From Octopus sinensis (taxonomy: Eukaryota): DNA of 64,000 nt. The notes beneath the pieces are model-generated. The model was not told the origin of the DNA, made no database searches, and saw only the letters and a program-made list of their open reading frames with translations. Below, piece by piece: positions 26,960 to 40,120 of the stretch. The stretch lies in the NCBI RefSeq assembly GCF_006345805.1, contig NC_043002.1:51770001-51834000 (forward strand), read 5' to 3'. Made by a program: the position numbers and the translations under genes. The stretch's first letter is position 1, and each line of letters begins with the position of its first letter.

Positions 26960-27330
26960 TTCTTTTGTTCTTTTATTCGTTTCAATCATTTGACTGCGGC
27001 CATGCTGGAGCACCTCCGTTAGTCGAACAAATCGAACCCAGGACTTATTCTTTGTAAGCGTAGTACTTGTTCTATCGGTCTCTTACGCTGAACCGCTAAC
27101 CATCGGTTGTCAAGCGATTTGGGGTGGGGACATAGAAACAAAAACCTACACACACACACAGACATATACGACGGGCTTCTTTCAGTTCCCGTCTACCAAA
27201 TCCACTCACAAGGATTTGGTCGGCTCGAGGCTATAGTAGAAGACACTTGCGCAAGGTTCCACACAGTGGGGCTGAACGCAGGACCCTGTTGTTGGTAAGC
27301 AAGCTACTTACCACACAGCCACAGTTGCGC
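26960..27330 (-). mobile_element. Family A SINE
   Basis: Head and tail recognisable on the minus strand. Confidence 0.85.
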
Positions 27331-27348
27331 CTATGTTTGTAAATAATG

Positions 27349-27386
<38 letters not shown>

Positions 27387-27759
27387 CATTATAAATATAT
27401 ATATACATATATATATATGTATATACAATCATTATATATACACATACATTATATATACATACATATATATATATACATACATTATATATATATATATAAA
27501 TACATACATTATATATATATGTATATATGTATGTACACATGATATATATGTATATGCATATATTTATATTTATATATATTTGAAAGAATGAGTAGAGATG
27601 GCTTTTTTGAGGGGATAATTTTCATTTTAATCTTAATCATGTTTGCAGAGAGTTACTATGATATGAGTTTCGATCTTCCAATAGCCGTTTTCAAACTGAA
27701 AATTGTATGTTTTACCGGTTGCTTGAATAGCAAAATATTTTTTGTTACAAGTACGTTTT

Positions 27760-28440
27760 CTTAAAGAACAAAAATATCCCTCTAGTTTAATTGACACAGC
27801 AATCACCAAAGCAAAAAGACATCCCAGCTACAGACCTCGGAGTAAAACAAACACACAGATATAAAATTGAACTCATAAACATTCATTTTATCATCACCGA
27901 CAACCCAAGAAATCACGACATCATCAATACTGCAAAAAGATACCTCCTAATTCTTCAAAAACCATCAAGAATGAGCAAATTTATAACAGATTAAAAGAAA
28001 TTTTACAGCAGACGTCAAGCACCCAATCTAAGAAAGATCTTAACCCAAGCAAGTTTTAAAACTAGAGTAACAACAGTGAGAGTACAAAAATGTGGTGACC
28101 CTCGCTGTGGAATGTGTGATTACATTGAAGAAGGAGAACAGCTTACTTTCAAAGACAAAAACATCTTTAAAATAAATGCAAATATAAATTGCAAACCCAG
28201 AAACCAGAATGCAAAGAATACTACATTGGTGAAACGGGCATATGAGAGAGTAAGGGTACATAAACAACAAATCCATGGCTCTTCTGTTAGAAACACAACT
28301 TGCAGTGAACACTTCAAAAAATGTTGGAAAAGAAAATTAAAAATATTCCCTTTATTCAAACTATGGACAGAAAATGGAACTTTTATAAGACCAAGGAAGA
28401 ACACTTTATTCGAAAATACCAACTGAAACTGAACGAAAAG
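27760..28440 (+). pseudogene. Penelope-like element: RT thumb/linker and GIY-YIG region relic
   Basis: QAPNLRKILTQASF; KCGDPRCGMCDYI; RVRVHKQQI..CSEHF..C..LKIFP. Confidence 0.8.
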
Positions 28441-28489
28441 TAATAGCAAAATGAAAATTACATATGAGTATACACATTTTTATGCACTC

Positions 28490-29340
28490 GGGTGTACACC
28501 TTATGTGTGTATGTATGTGTGTACATGTGTGCATATGTATATATGTGTACGTGTGTATATATGTGTGTGCATGTGTGTGTATGTATGTGTGTTTGTATGT
28601 ATAAATATGTGAGCGTGTGTGTTTATATGTGTATGTATTGGTGTGTATGCATACATGCACATACTTGCACATATGAATGGGTGTATGTATGTGTGTGTCT
28701 TGAGATATTCCATACGTATATATATATATGCGTGTACATTTATGTATAATTTATATATGTGTGTGTATGCCTGTATATATATATGTGTGTGTATGTGTAT
28801 ATGTGTATATATATATGTATATATATGTGTGTGTGTATGGATGTATATGTATGTATACCTATGTACATATATATGTGTTTGTATAAGTGCATGTATATGT
28901 GCGTGTGAGTAGGTATGTGTGTAGGAGATGTAGATACATATATGCATGTATGCGTATATATGTACGTATTTGTATATATGTATGTGTGTATGTATATGTA
29001 TATGTGTGTGTTGGCGCATGAGTGTATATATATGTAGGTATGTATCTGTATATATATATGTGTATATATATATATATGTGTGTACGTGCGCATATGTGTA
29101 TGTGTATATGTATGCAATGCATATGTGTATATATGTATGTATGTTTGAATACATATACATATGTATGTGTATGTATGTGTGTATATCTTTATGTGTACAT
29201 ATGTGTGTATATATGTATGCATACGTTTGTACGTGTGTATGTATGCATGTACATGTATGTGTGTATGTATATATATATATGTATGCATATGTGTGTGTGT
29301 GTATGTGTATATATGCATATATGTGTACGTATATACACCA
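28490..29340. repeat. Long cryptic (TG/TA) low-complexity tract
   Basis: Directly visible. Confidence 0.95.
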
Positions 29341-29542
29341 TACCACCTGTGGGAACAGAATAGGTGACCTCAAATCGATAAACACCACAAGTTATCTTTT
29401 GACAAGAACACAACAGTACTAACCACTTAAAATATTCCATTTCCTTATTCCTGATAGACTTAAATCTCCCCACTGTTTTCAATTCCTATTAATCTTATTT
29501 TTTTATTTACTCTCTTCTTCTTCCTTCACGTGATTTTGTATG

Positions 29543-29586
<44 letters not shown>

Positions 29587-29588
<2 letters not shown>

Positions 29589-29997
29589 TTTATCTTTCTT
29601 TTATCTTTTACTTGTTTCAGTCATTTGACTGCGGCCATGCTGGAGCACCGCCTTTAATCGAGCAACTCGACCCCGGGACTTATTCTTTGTAAGCCCAGTA
29701 CTTATTCTATCGGTCTCTTTTTTGCCGAACCGCTAAATGACGGGGACGTAAACACACCAGCATCAGTTGTCAAGCGATGCTAGGGGGACAAACACAGACA
29801 CACAAACACACACATATATATATATACATATATACGACAGGCTTCTTTCAGTTTCCGTCTACCAAATCCACTCACAAGGCATTGGTCAGCCCGGGGCTAT
29901 AGCAGAAGACACTTGCCCAAGATGCCACGCAGTGGGACTGAACCCGGAACCATGTGGTTGGTTAGCAAGCTACTTACCACACAGCCAATCCTGCGCC
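29587..29997 (-). mobile_element. Young full-length family A SINE
   Basis: Near-identical to the 2040-2445 copy. Confidence 0.92.
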
Positions 29998-30070
29998 TAT
30001 ATATATATATATCTTTAACAATCATATATATATATATATATACTTTATTTTAAGCAGCAGAAAATTCAAC

Positions 30071-30118
30071 AAAATCTGTTACTCTGAGTTTCTCGTTGCC
30101 GTTCATCAGACAGTTTTT
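30071..30118 (-). ncRNA. Type-I hammerhead ribozyme motif
   Basis: AAAAaCUGU-CUGAUGA-aCG(GCAA)CGa-GAAACU(cag)AGUA-ACAGaUUUU; predicted cleavage between 30080 and 30079. Confidence 0.68.
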
Positions 30119-30124
30119 GTTAGA

Positions 30125-30183
<59 letters not shown>

Positions 30184-30200
30184 TTATATATAATATATAT

Positions 30201-30407
30201 GATTGTTAAAGAAGACAACAAACGTTAAGGCAAGGCAAACATCTCAAGTCATTACTTTATTATTATTGGAAAAATTCAAAGTCTTACAGCTGTTTCTGGG
30301 ATACCTCAGAAACAGCTTTAAAACTTTGGAATTTTTTCCAATAATAATAATGTATATGACTTGAGATGTTTACCTTGCCTTAAAGTTTATTGTCCTCTTT
30401 AACAATT
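30201..30407. repeat. About 205-bp palindrome flanked by (AT)n
   Basis: Arms centred on cttacagctgtttctgggatacctcagaaacagctttaa. Confidence 0.85.
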
Positions 30408-31039
30408 ATATATCCGCTATATCAGAAATATGTACTCTTTGGCACTGAATAATCATACAAAATATATCAGAACGCAATAAAACAACCTTGTAAATTGACT
30501 AAATATGCATTTCTTGTCCGACAATGAGGAAAACCTCAGGAAATCCTCTGAATAGGTAAGTTTTTGATCTCTGCTGCACAGGACAGTAAAAATATTAGTA
30601 CTTCAAGAGAAAAAAATTGACGGTGTGTCTGCTGGCTTATCACAGCTGAAAGGCAGGTAATAACATATCTGCTTTCTCTTTCTTGGTCACTTCTCTTACT
30701 ATGACTGAAAGGAAGTAGTAAAAAATTTACTAACTGTTGACAACTTAACACGGCTGAAAGGCAAGCAGTAAAATATCTGATTTCTGTCTTCCCCTTTTTT
30801 AACTGGTACAGTATAATATATATTCGAAAGAATGAGTAGATATGGCCTTTTTGAAGGCATAAGTTTTATTTTAATCTTAATAATAATGCTTACAGTGAGT
30901 TTCACTGATATGAGTTTCGATCTTCAAATAGCCGTTTTCAACGTGAAAAATGTATGTTTTACTGGTTGCTTAAAAAGCAAAAGATTTTTTATCACAAGTA
31001 TACATGCACAAAAATATACACAGAAAAAAGAAAAGAGAC

Positions 31040-31230
31040 CTTGATGCATCCCACCCTCTTTGCAATATACTTTGCTGTTGCGTTGTCACATGCTTTTCAA
31101 AACTCTGATGAGGGTATTTACATAAAACATCGAACAACGGAATGTTTTTAATCTGACCAGATTAAAATTCGAAACGAAGGTTTTTACTTCACTCATTAGG
31201 GAACTTTTGTATACTGATGATTGCAATCTT
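31040..31230 (+). pseudogene. RTE-clade RT fragment
   Basis: HPTLFAIYF..AFQNSDEGIYIKHRT..FNLTRLK..TKV..LIRELLYTDDC. Confidence 0.75.
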
Positions 31231-32049
31231 GTCAGTCTTTCTGAAACAGGTCTGGTCAGATTAAAAACATTCCCTGTTGTTTTACTTGTCCTGTCGTTTA
31301 CAGTTTTTATTTTTATTTTTACTATCTTGTATTGTTTTTACTGTCCTGTTTTTGTTACCACTTTTACCCCTCCGCAAAAAATCTCAAATTATTTGCGGGA
31401 AGGACCGTTTCATTGAAGTCGTGTCTCGCCTTTACTTTCGAAACGCGGAGTAGACGAAACGGAGGCGGCTGAAGAAGGTGAATTTTCCTTGTGTTGTATG
31501 TCTTGTACCCTGTTTTTTTCCTTGTTTAAAAAATGTCCGTTTCCACGGTTCTGTTTTTATGTTTTCGTTTCTCATTGTGTTTGAGGTTTTTTTTTGGTGT
31601 CCTGTACCTATATATGCATGTATATATACATATAGATGTAGGTACGTACATATATGTATGTATATATACATATGATTTATTTATTATTTTATTATATGAC
31701 GAAACGCCACGCATCCTCTTCTAAGTAAGCTTTATTTATCTATCTATCTATATATATATATACACCAGAGTAAGCACATGAATGTGACACAAGATTAAAA
31801 AAATAGTGCTCAAATACCGGAGGTAGAGTAATATGCTTTATTTATAGATAACTTATATTGGTTTCGGCCATGACCATAACTAACTCAATAGCACCATCTG
31901 GAAAAGTTTTTTAGTTAATTATTCCGGGACACCATGAACCACCCAAGTAGAGAGTAATTTTGGTTGAGACATATCCAGATTTATCCGGTATTTCCTGGAG
32001 GAATTTGTCCAGGTACCGTTTGAAAGTTGTGTGTTTCCTTCGGAATAAC

Positions 32050-32745
32050 ATTGAAAAGAGCGTTTTTGGCAGACGATTTAGCATCTCTAGGTTGTCTCGT
32101 ATGTAGCTCTGTATGTGTTTTAGGAAAAGTTTTAGTGGGATGTCCAAGAAGTTGCCGAGTCTGTGTGTTTCACATGCCAGGTCTGCTACAATTGGTCTCA
32201 ATTTTAGATCCTCTGGAGGTGTTAGCTGTATTTATTTGTTGAGGATTTGCAGGCAACATTTATCCTTTTGCATATATGGAATTTAGATAAACCCTAGAAA
32301 TTGCTCGTTTTGCATTTGAAGTGGCATAAACAGTAAATTTCTTTGCTGGTTAAGCCTTTGTTATACTTCTTTAAATGCGTTGTAAGGTTTCCTATTATAT
32401 TTGACTTTTTGTAGTGGGTTACTTTTTCATAATAGCTGTTGTCCTCTAGCATTGTGAGTGATAGGTCTTCATAGTAATTTGTGTCCATGATAACAACAGT
32501 GCTCTCTTTATCAGCTTCGTTGATAGTTATATCCATATATTCTTGTAAGTCCAGTAGATTCTTCCATTCATATTTTGTAAAGTTTGATTTATTTTCAAAG
32601 GTGAAGTTCATAATGTATTCACAGAAGGAGTCCAGTGCTTTATTTAACCCTTTATTTGGGCAAAAGTTGCTTTTGGCTAGTGATTCATCCTCATCAATAG
32701 AGTTGTTAGTGGAGTATTCGGCAGAATTCTGCAATGTCATTTTTC
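32050..32745 (-). pseudogene. Penelope-like RT N-terminal relic
   Basis: DITINEADKESTVVIMDTNYY..MLEDNSYYE; RPIVA..CETHRLGNFLDI.LK.FLKHIQSYIRD. Confidence 0.82.
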
Positions 32746-33009
32746 ATACATACATTATATATGCTAAGTTACAGGGGTGTAAACACACCAACATGAGTTG
32801 TCGATGGTGGGGGGACAAACACACACACATAAATATATGATGGGCTTCTTTCAGTTTCCATCTACCAAATCAACTCACATGGCTTTGGTTGGCCCAAGGT
32901 TATAATAGTAAAAGACACTTGCCCAAAGTGCCGCACAGTGGGACTGAGCCTGGAACCATGTTGTTGGGAAGCTAGCTTCTTACCAGACAGCCATCCAGGG
33001 CTTCACACT

Positions 33010-33077
<68 letters not shown>

Positions 33078-33799
33078 CATACACACACATAAACTATATG
33101 AATATTTCAGTATTTGTACTTGTGAAGATAATCAAAAAGGCCAGGGAAAAAGGAAAATGCAATAATGAGAAGCATGTTACAGATGAAAAAAATGAAAACA
33201 TGCATTGACAAAACTTATACTCGATGTTCTTGTCAATAGAAATATAACAGGAAAATTATAAAAAGTCACCTGTTTAAATCACATTATAAGGTGTGGAGAT
33301 AGCAACATTGGGATATAGAGAAACAAAGGACACATAAAAAAAAAACTAAATAGAACTTTTTATGACTTAATATTCCTATTAGATGGATTTAAAATTCAGT
33401 ATTTCACTAGGAAGATTTAGTAAGTAGCCGTCTATTGCAGGAGCTGTATGTAGAATTACAAGTAAAAATACATAAAATCGAAAAAGAAATGTGGTAGTTG
33501 AAATTTTACATGGGAAAATTTATATCTTTCTTTGAAGTCAGTATTATTTGGGAAAACTTTCACATAAAAAAACTTGTGAATTGAAAACTTGATGCAAGTG
33601 ATTTTCTTTGTCTTGGGCAAAATGTTTAACTGCTTCTGATGGCAGAACCTCCCGTCTAGAGTTAGTCACCACTACTCCCATGTCCACTATGGCTCAAGGT
33701 GAGAAATTAGTACATTATGCCCAGATGTTATGAGAATCAGTCCCTCTGCCCCAAGGTTAAATAGACCCAATACCCCAAGGAGACTAGCAGAGTAAACTC

Positions 33800-34700
33800 A
33801 ACCCTTTTAGCATTCAGATTACCCCGTCAAATGTAATCTCCTTTTATTCACATTATTTTGAATTAATCACTCAATATCTTCTAGCTTTGAGATTTCCATG
33901 ATGTGATTGCTTATTTTTAGGACATTGAAAGGGAGGAGTAAAAGGCTAAATCTTGTCAGTTTGAACATAAAACAACCAGAATATTTGACCCAGACATGGC
34001 TGGTTTAAACATTAACTTAATCTCGGTAAAGACAACAGGAAATCATAACTGTGTCTTTCTCAAGAAAAATCATAAATCTTCAGACTCTGGCAAGGAAGCC
34101 ATGAATGCTATGCCTGTAAGTCATGGTACATGAAAAGAGATCTACATTATGGTCTAAAGAGTTCACATTTCTAGTCAGAGTAGTATAATTTAATAATAAT
34201 TTACCTGACAGATAAAATCTAATTTTTTTAATGAGTGAAAAGCAGGCTAGAAAAATTAATGATTAACCTATTAGCATTCAGATTACTTTGTCAAATGTTA
34301 TACTTATATATTTATTTTCTATAAAATTAATCCTGTAATATCTCATAGCTCTAAAATTTCGAAAATGTGATTGTTGATTTTTTTGAATGACATTGCAGGG
34401 TAGGTGTGAAAAGCTGGATCTCACCAATTTGAACATATAACAGGTAGTATATTTGGGATGGATATGGTCTGTTTAACCCTTTAGCATTCAAATTACTCCG
34501 TCAAATGTAACAGTTTTTTTATTCAAATTGTTTTGAATTAATCATATACGATCTTATAGTTCTGAGATTTCAATGATTTGATTATTTATTTTTTTAAATA
34601 TTAGTGTAGGTTATATGTGAGAGGTTAGATATAACGAATCTGAATGTAAAACATGTAGAATATTTGGGCCGGATTTTGTTGGTTCAAATGCTAAATACAT
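33800..34700 (+). mobile_element. Three tandem about 220-bp MITE-like copies (piggyBac-like TTAACCC ends); a fourth at about 38368-38590
   Basis: Each starts (tt)aaccc(t)ttagcattcagattac; right TIR decayed. Confidence 0.55.
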
Positions 34701-34856
34701 TGTACCAGGTTTTTTTTAAATAATTGTGTAAAGAAAAATAAATGAAAAACTCCAAAAAACAAGAAAATGTTTATATTTTATTTATTAATCTAGAATGTTT
34801 ATAATAGAATTATGAACTCCTTTCACGCTAAATTGTTGAACTAATTTCCTCATATA

Positions 34857-34861
34857 TTAAT
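34857..34861 (-). CDS. COX7A2L: COX7A2L-like probable terminal exon (G|AT TAA = D-stop) followed by a short 3' UTR
   Basis: Strong acceptor atttttcttcttttacag, phase matches exon 3, tandem AATAAA at 34777-34786; inferred. Confidence 0.55.
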
Positions 34862-35319
34862 CTGTAAAAGAAGAAAAATATTATAATATATATTTGAATT
34901 GAACATAAAACAGTTGTAACTCATAAACAAAATACAATTTTGCGTGTGCATGTGGACATGAGTAAACTGTCCATGAACATAAATACAAGGATATACAGAA
35001 ATGGATATTCAAACATAGGCAGTCTTTTTAAGATCCTAGTTTTTGTGAACAAGCATTATCCAGTATTAAAAGGTACAGTATTGTGATAAGCATAAAATTG
35101 GAATCCAATACTGAAATCAGATTTGGTATGCATTTGCTTTAATGAGAGCATATGTAACCACTATCCTATCCTTGGTTTCAAAAGTGCTGAGCAGAATCAA
35201 AATCATAACAGTGAAATAATGATCATTTGTGCTTACAAACCAACTTGAGACTAGCCCTGGTTTTGGTTTTAAAATGGACTAAATTAAAATTTTCTCATTA
35301 AAGTTACATTTTAATTTAT

Positions 35320-35381
35320 GTTCAGTGGTAGAATACTCACCTCCCACATGGGTGGCCCCAGTTCGATTCTCGGCTGATGCA
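35320..35381 (+). pseudogene. 5'-truncated tRNA-Gly-like pseudogene
   Basis: gttcagtggtagaatactcacct-ccc-acatgggtggccccagttcgattctcggctgatgca; 5' acceptor strand missing, CpG decayed. Confidence 0.62.
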
Positions 35382-35395
35382 TATAAAAATGTCAT

Positions 35396-35750
35396 GGGCA
35401 TAGGAGCAGCTGTGTGGAAAGTAGCTTGCTTATGAACCACATGCTGCCGGGTTTAGTCCCACTAAACTTGGGCCAACCAAAGACTTGTGAGTGGATTTGG
35501 TAGATGGAAACTGAAAGAAGCCTGTCGTATATATGTATGTGTTTGTGTATCTGTGTTTGTTCCCCCAACATCGCTTGACAACCGATGTGGTGTGTTTATG
35601 TCTCCATAACTTAGCGGTTCAGCAAAAGAGACCGATAGAATAAGTACTAGGCTTACAAAGAATAAGTCCTGGGGTCGATTTGCTCGACTAACGGTGGTGC
35701 TCCAGCATGGCCACAGTCAAATGACTGAAACAAGTAAAAGAGTAAAGAGT
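35396..35750 (+). mobile_element. Family A SINE (in COX7A2L intron 3)
   Basis: Head, microsatellite and tail present. Confidence 0.88.
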
Positions 35751-36289
35751 TTCAAACACCAGCTTGATAGTGACAAAGTTATTTTACTATATTCTTCATT
35801 GTTTTCAAACTCATGAAACAAAGAAGTGTATTTCATGGAAAATTTAGTAGCAAATGGGATTTTAACCCAAAGCAGTCTCCACAGAGAACTAGGATTCATT
35901 TGCAAATAAAATAAAGTATGCCTTTTTGCAATGTAGTGAAATGTATATAGAATTAACAGAGAATACATGTCAATAATCTATTACCTATAATGTGAAAGAA
36001 ATGTAATTATTCGTGCAGTAATCGTCATACATTGAAGTTTCCCAATAACCACATATAAAAGAAGGTATGTACTGGTGTCCAGATATCACTGAATGTGTTT
36101 TAATGAATATCATAAATTAAGATGAAGACAAACTAGTGTGATCAGCATTTCTTCATGATAAATCCAATAAACTCATTACTCTCAACTGACAGTGTGTCAA
36201 TAACTGAATAGACAAAGAACCATATACCTAATCATGAAAACTTGCCCTGTCCTTAGTGTTGCATTTTATCTATGGCAAAGTTAGACACT

Positions 36290-36603
36290 AACACTCAATG
36301 TTGTTTGTTCCTTCTCGAGCCATGCCTGGCTCATAAGGGCCGGTTTCCCGGTTTCTTGGCGTATAGGTTCCCCACCTGGACGGGATGCCGGTCCGTCGCA
36401 GGTGAGCTGCAAGATGCAGGAGGAAAGAGTGAAAGAAAGTTGTGGCAAAAGAGTCAGCAGAAGTTTCACCATTACCTTCTGCTGGAGCCGCGTGGAGCTT
36501 AGGTGTTTCGCTCATAAACACACACATCGTTCGGTCTGAGATTCGAACCCACGATCCCTCGACCGCGAGTCCGCTGCTCTAACCACTAGGCCATGTGCCT
36601 CCA
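36290..36603 (-). mobile_element. tRNA-derived SINE with a distinct body
   Basis: Head ggaggcacatggcctagtggttagagcagcggactcgcggtcgagggatcgtgggttcgaatctc with A and B boxes. Confidence 0.8.
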
Positions 36604-38091
36604 CAAACACACTCAATGGCTGAAATCAATTTGCATTTTAAGTTACTGTTGTTTAGCTTAAGGTCAATGCAGGGAGAACTATGATCAAAGGCATTCTAGA
36701 CGGGGCCATCCCATCTTTTAAGGAGTGCATAGAACCAGATTGTACACTGTGTTCTTTCCTTATTTAAGATGGTACTATGTGATTTACAAGAAATTTGGTA
36801 GTTGTTTACCATCAGTTAAAACAACGAAATGGAGCACCCTCACCATCATTACTAGCTAGTTACCATGGGTAGTATAGTTAAGTACTGTAAGTAGCATCAG
36901 CACTGAAGTTTTTTGTTTTGCTGTACTAAGTTCAATTCTTCTCACAAGAAAAGTTGACTGTAGTTCTAATGAGGAAGATTTACATCTTATTTGTTTAATG
37001 CTGAAGAAGTTGAGAGCTAGCCTTGTGGATAGGAAAATATTAGCTTAACAATGCAAGTATACTTATTTTTTCTTGCCATGAGTTCCAGAATTCATAAGAC
37101 CAGAACTCCACTCAGTTTCCATGGCCACACTAAGTTAAGTTACCTTCTTAAGTCATACCGACTGATAAGGGCCAGTTTCCCAGTTTCATGACATATATAT
37201 TCTCCACCTGGACGGGACAATGGTCAGTCACAGGATTACTTATTTATGCCATCTAAGCGGACTGAAGCAACGTGAAATGAAGTGTTTTGCTCAAGAACAC
37301 AACGCATTGGTCAGTCCAGTAATTGAAACCACAACCTTATGATCATGAGTCCAACACTCTAACCACTAAGCTACATGCCTTGAGTGAACTGGACAACATG
37401 AAATGAATGCACTGCCCTATCCAGGAATTGAAAACATGAACTTAAGACTGTGAGTGCAACACACAAACCACTAGGCCAAACGCCTTCAAAGTGTGAAGAG
37501 TGATGTTTCATAAACTGTGTGTATAAAACATGGAAGTGAAAGTATATCAATAAATGTATGGGATGAAGAATTGTATAAAGAATTGAACATGCCGATGTTG
37601 AACGCAAGGGGAATAACTCAAAGTATATGCTTCTCTCATGTAAATATAATTACAAATGCAAATCCTATGTAACAAAAGACGTGATTCAGTGAGCTGGAAG
37701 GCTCTTTAGCACACCAGGAAAAAGACTTAGTGGCATTTCATCCACCTCTAAGTTCTGAGTTCAAATTCTGCCAAGCTTCTCTGCCTGTTTCTGTCAAACC
37801 GTCCAATTCATGCCAGCATGGAAAATGGACATTAAATTTTGATGATGATGACATATGAGAAAGGTGGTAACAGAGCAATAAACTCTTACATGTATGCTTT
37901 TTATACAAGTTGCTTGACCCACTAGAAACAGGCCAAGCAACTTATCTCCTTTTACTCTCTTCAAAAACAATAAAGGACACACTGAATAACGTAGTTCTGG
38001 ATGCCCCCTGAGAAAAACAAACATGTCTGCTCAAATAGGGTTGACTTGAGGCTAACCAACAATAACTTAGACATGTTAGCATCATACTTAC

Positions 38092-38230
38092 CAATTTTAC
38101 GAGGAAATGACATTGTGAATAATGTTTTCCCGCAAAGAGCTAATCCAGCAACACACAAGCCAATTGAGAATATATACATAGATCGGTCCCGGATACCTCG
38201 TTTTTGCCACACTAACAAGCCATCTTCTTT
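38092..38230 (-). CDS. COX7A2L: COX7A2L-like exon 3 (KEDGLLVWQKRG...TM helix...SFPRKI)
   Basis: tttcag acceptor, gtaagt donor, 139 nt; COX7A-family signature DG.....KRG..D..MY and SFPRK. Confidence 0.88.
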
Positions 38231-38829
38231 CTGAAAAAGAAATAATATAAATTGATTAGAGTTTGAAGAATGCTATTAAAAGCTTTATTCTATGGAATGA
38301 CTACTATCCAGTTTTCAAATAATTTCAATAAAAACATTTTCCAATCATTTCTAAACAACCAAGAATTTAACACTCTAGCATTCAGATTACTTTGTCAAAT
38401 GTATTGCTTATTTATTCCCATTACTGTGAATTAATCATGCATGACCTTGTAGTTTCAAGATTTCAATGGTGTATTTGTATAATTTATAGAATGATATTGT
38501 AGGGTAGGTGTGAGAGGTTGGATCTGGTCAGTTTTAACATAAGACTTGTAGAATATTTTGGCTGGATATGGATGGATTAAATGTTGTCCAGTTTAACAGT
38601 ACCACCTAAACCCCAGGTACCTTTATTGGAGGAGTTCGCTGTATTATAAACATTCAGGGTACATTTCCTGTTTGAGGATAACTTTCTTCCTTCCATCCGT
38701 TTTAGAAACCCTTATAAAGTGTCATGGGATAATGTTCCCAATCAAGTGGTCTCAGGTTCAGTTTCACTGCACAGCAGTCTCCTACAATAACCAACAACTG
38801 CAAAGCCTTGAGAATGGATTTCATTGACA

Positions 38830-39631
38830 AAAACTGAAAGAAGCCCATCATGTGGCTGTGATAAAAAGCTTGCGTTCCAACTACATTCTTCCAAGTACAG
38901 TCCCACTGTATGGCATCTTAGGCAAGTGTCTTCTTCTATAATCTTGGGCCAACCAAAGCCTTGTTAGTGGATTTGGTAAACAGAAACTGAAAGAAGCCCA
39001 TTGTATATGAGTGTGTGTTTGTGTGTATTTGTATTTGTCTCCACCATCACTGCTTGACAACCGGTATTGGTGTATTTATGCCCCCATAACTTAGCAGTTT
39101 AGTGAAAGAGACCAATATAATAAGTACTAGGCTTAAAAAATAAGTCCTGGGATTGATTTGTTTGACTAATATCTTCCAACGCAGTGCTCCAGCATGCCCG
39201 CAGTCAAATGACTGAAACAAATAAAAGAATAAGATATTAAAAATATGCAAAGACTTTCCCAGAGAGCCATTTCCAATAAAATATAAGACACAAATATACT
39301 TGAATTATAAAGAACAAAATAAAGAATTTTACTTTCAAATACTGCTTCACTGAGGGAAAGCCTTCCTCTCTCAAGTTTGGTTGGTTTTGAACTGTAATTG
39401 ATGCTTCTGTAATTTTACCTTTTCTAGGTAGGAGAGTTGGCCATACACAAACCAATCTCTGGGGATAGTCTATCCTTTGACTTGTCCAGCATGGAGGGAC
39501 CTACTAGGGACTTGTACTCTGCTAGCATAGTTTTCAGGGCTACTGAGGCATTCAAGTCACCACACTGCAACAAGGTCTAGAACTTGTGGTGGAATTAATT
39601 CTAACTGGACAGATCAAATAAATGTATAGTA

Positions 39632-39683
<52 letters not shown>

Positions 39684-40120
39684 GTATATCTTTTATCTTT
39701 TTCTTGTTTCAGTCATTACACTGTGGCCATGCTAGGGAACCACCTTGAAAAATACTTTGCTAAATGAATCGGGCCCTAGTACTTTTTTTAAGCCAACAAC
39801 TTATTCTATCAATTTCTTTAGCTGAATTGCTAAGTTACGGGAATGTAAATACAAAAACACCGATTGTCAAGCAGTGGTGAAGGATAAAAACACAGACACA
39901 AAGACACACACACACACACATATATATATATAGAGAGAGATAGATAGATATGTATATATACGACGGGCTTCTTTCAGTTTCCATCAACCAAATTCACTCA
40001 CAAGGCTTTGATCAGCCTGAGGCTATAGCAGAAGACACACGTCCAAGTGGCACACAGTGGAACTGAATTTGGAACCATGTGGTTGGGAAGCTAGCTTCTT
40101 AGGATACAGCCATGCCTGCG
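38830..40120. mobile_element. Two oppositely oriented family A SINEs (about 38830-39235 plus, 39685-40120 minus) in intron 2
   Basis: Tail-to-tail copies about 450 bp apart. Confidence 0.8.

Noticed and set aside
27590-31005. About 180-bp diverged repeat pair (27590-27770 and 30825-31005)
   Set aside because: Looks like an ordinary dispersed repeat end with no coding or structural signal
31208-31255. CUGAUGA...GAAAC-AG-GUC hammerhead-like match
   Set aside because: CUGAUGA comes from the RT codons for Y-T-D-D; no helix I or II
37961-38234. ORFs 37961-38218 (minus) and 38001-38234 (plus) as standalone genes
   Set aside because: The first is exon 3 plus intron read-through; the second is its antisense shadow
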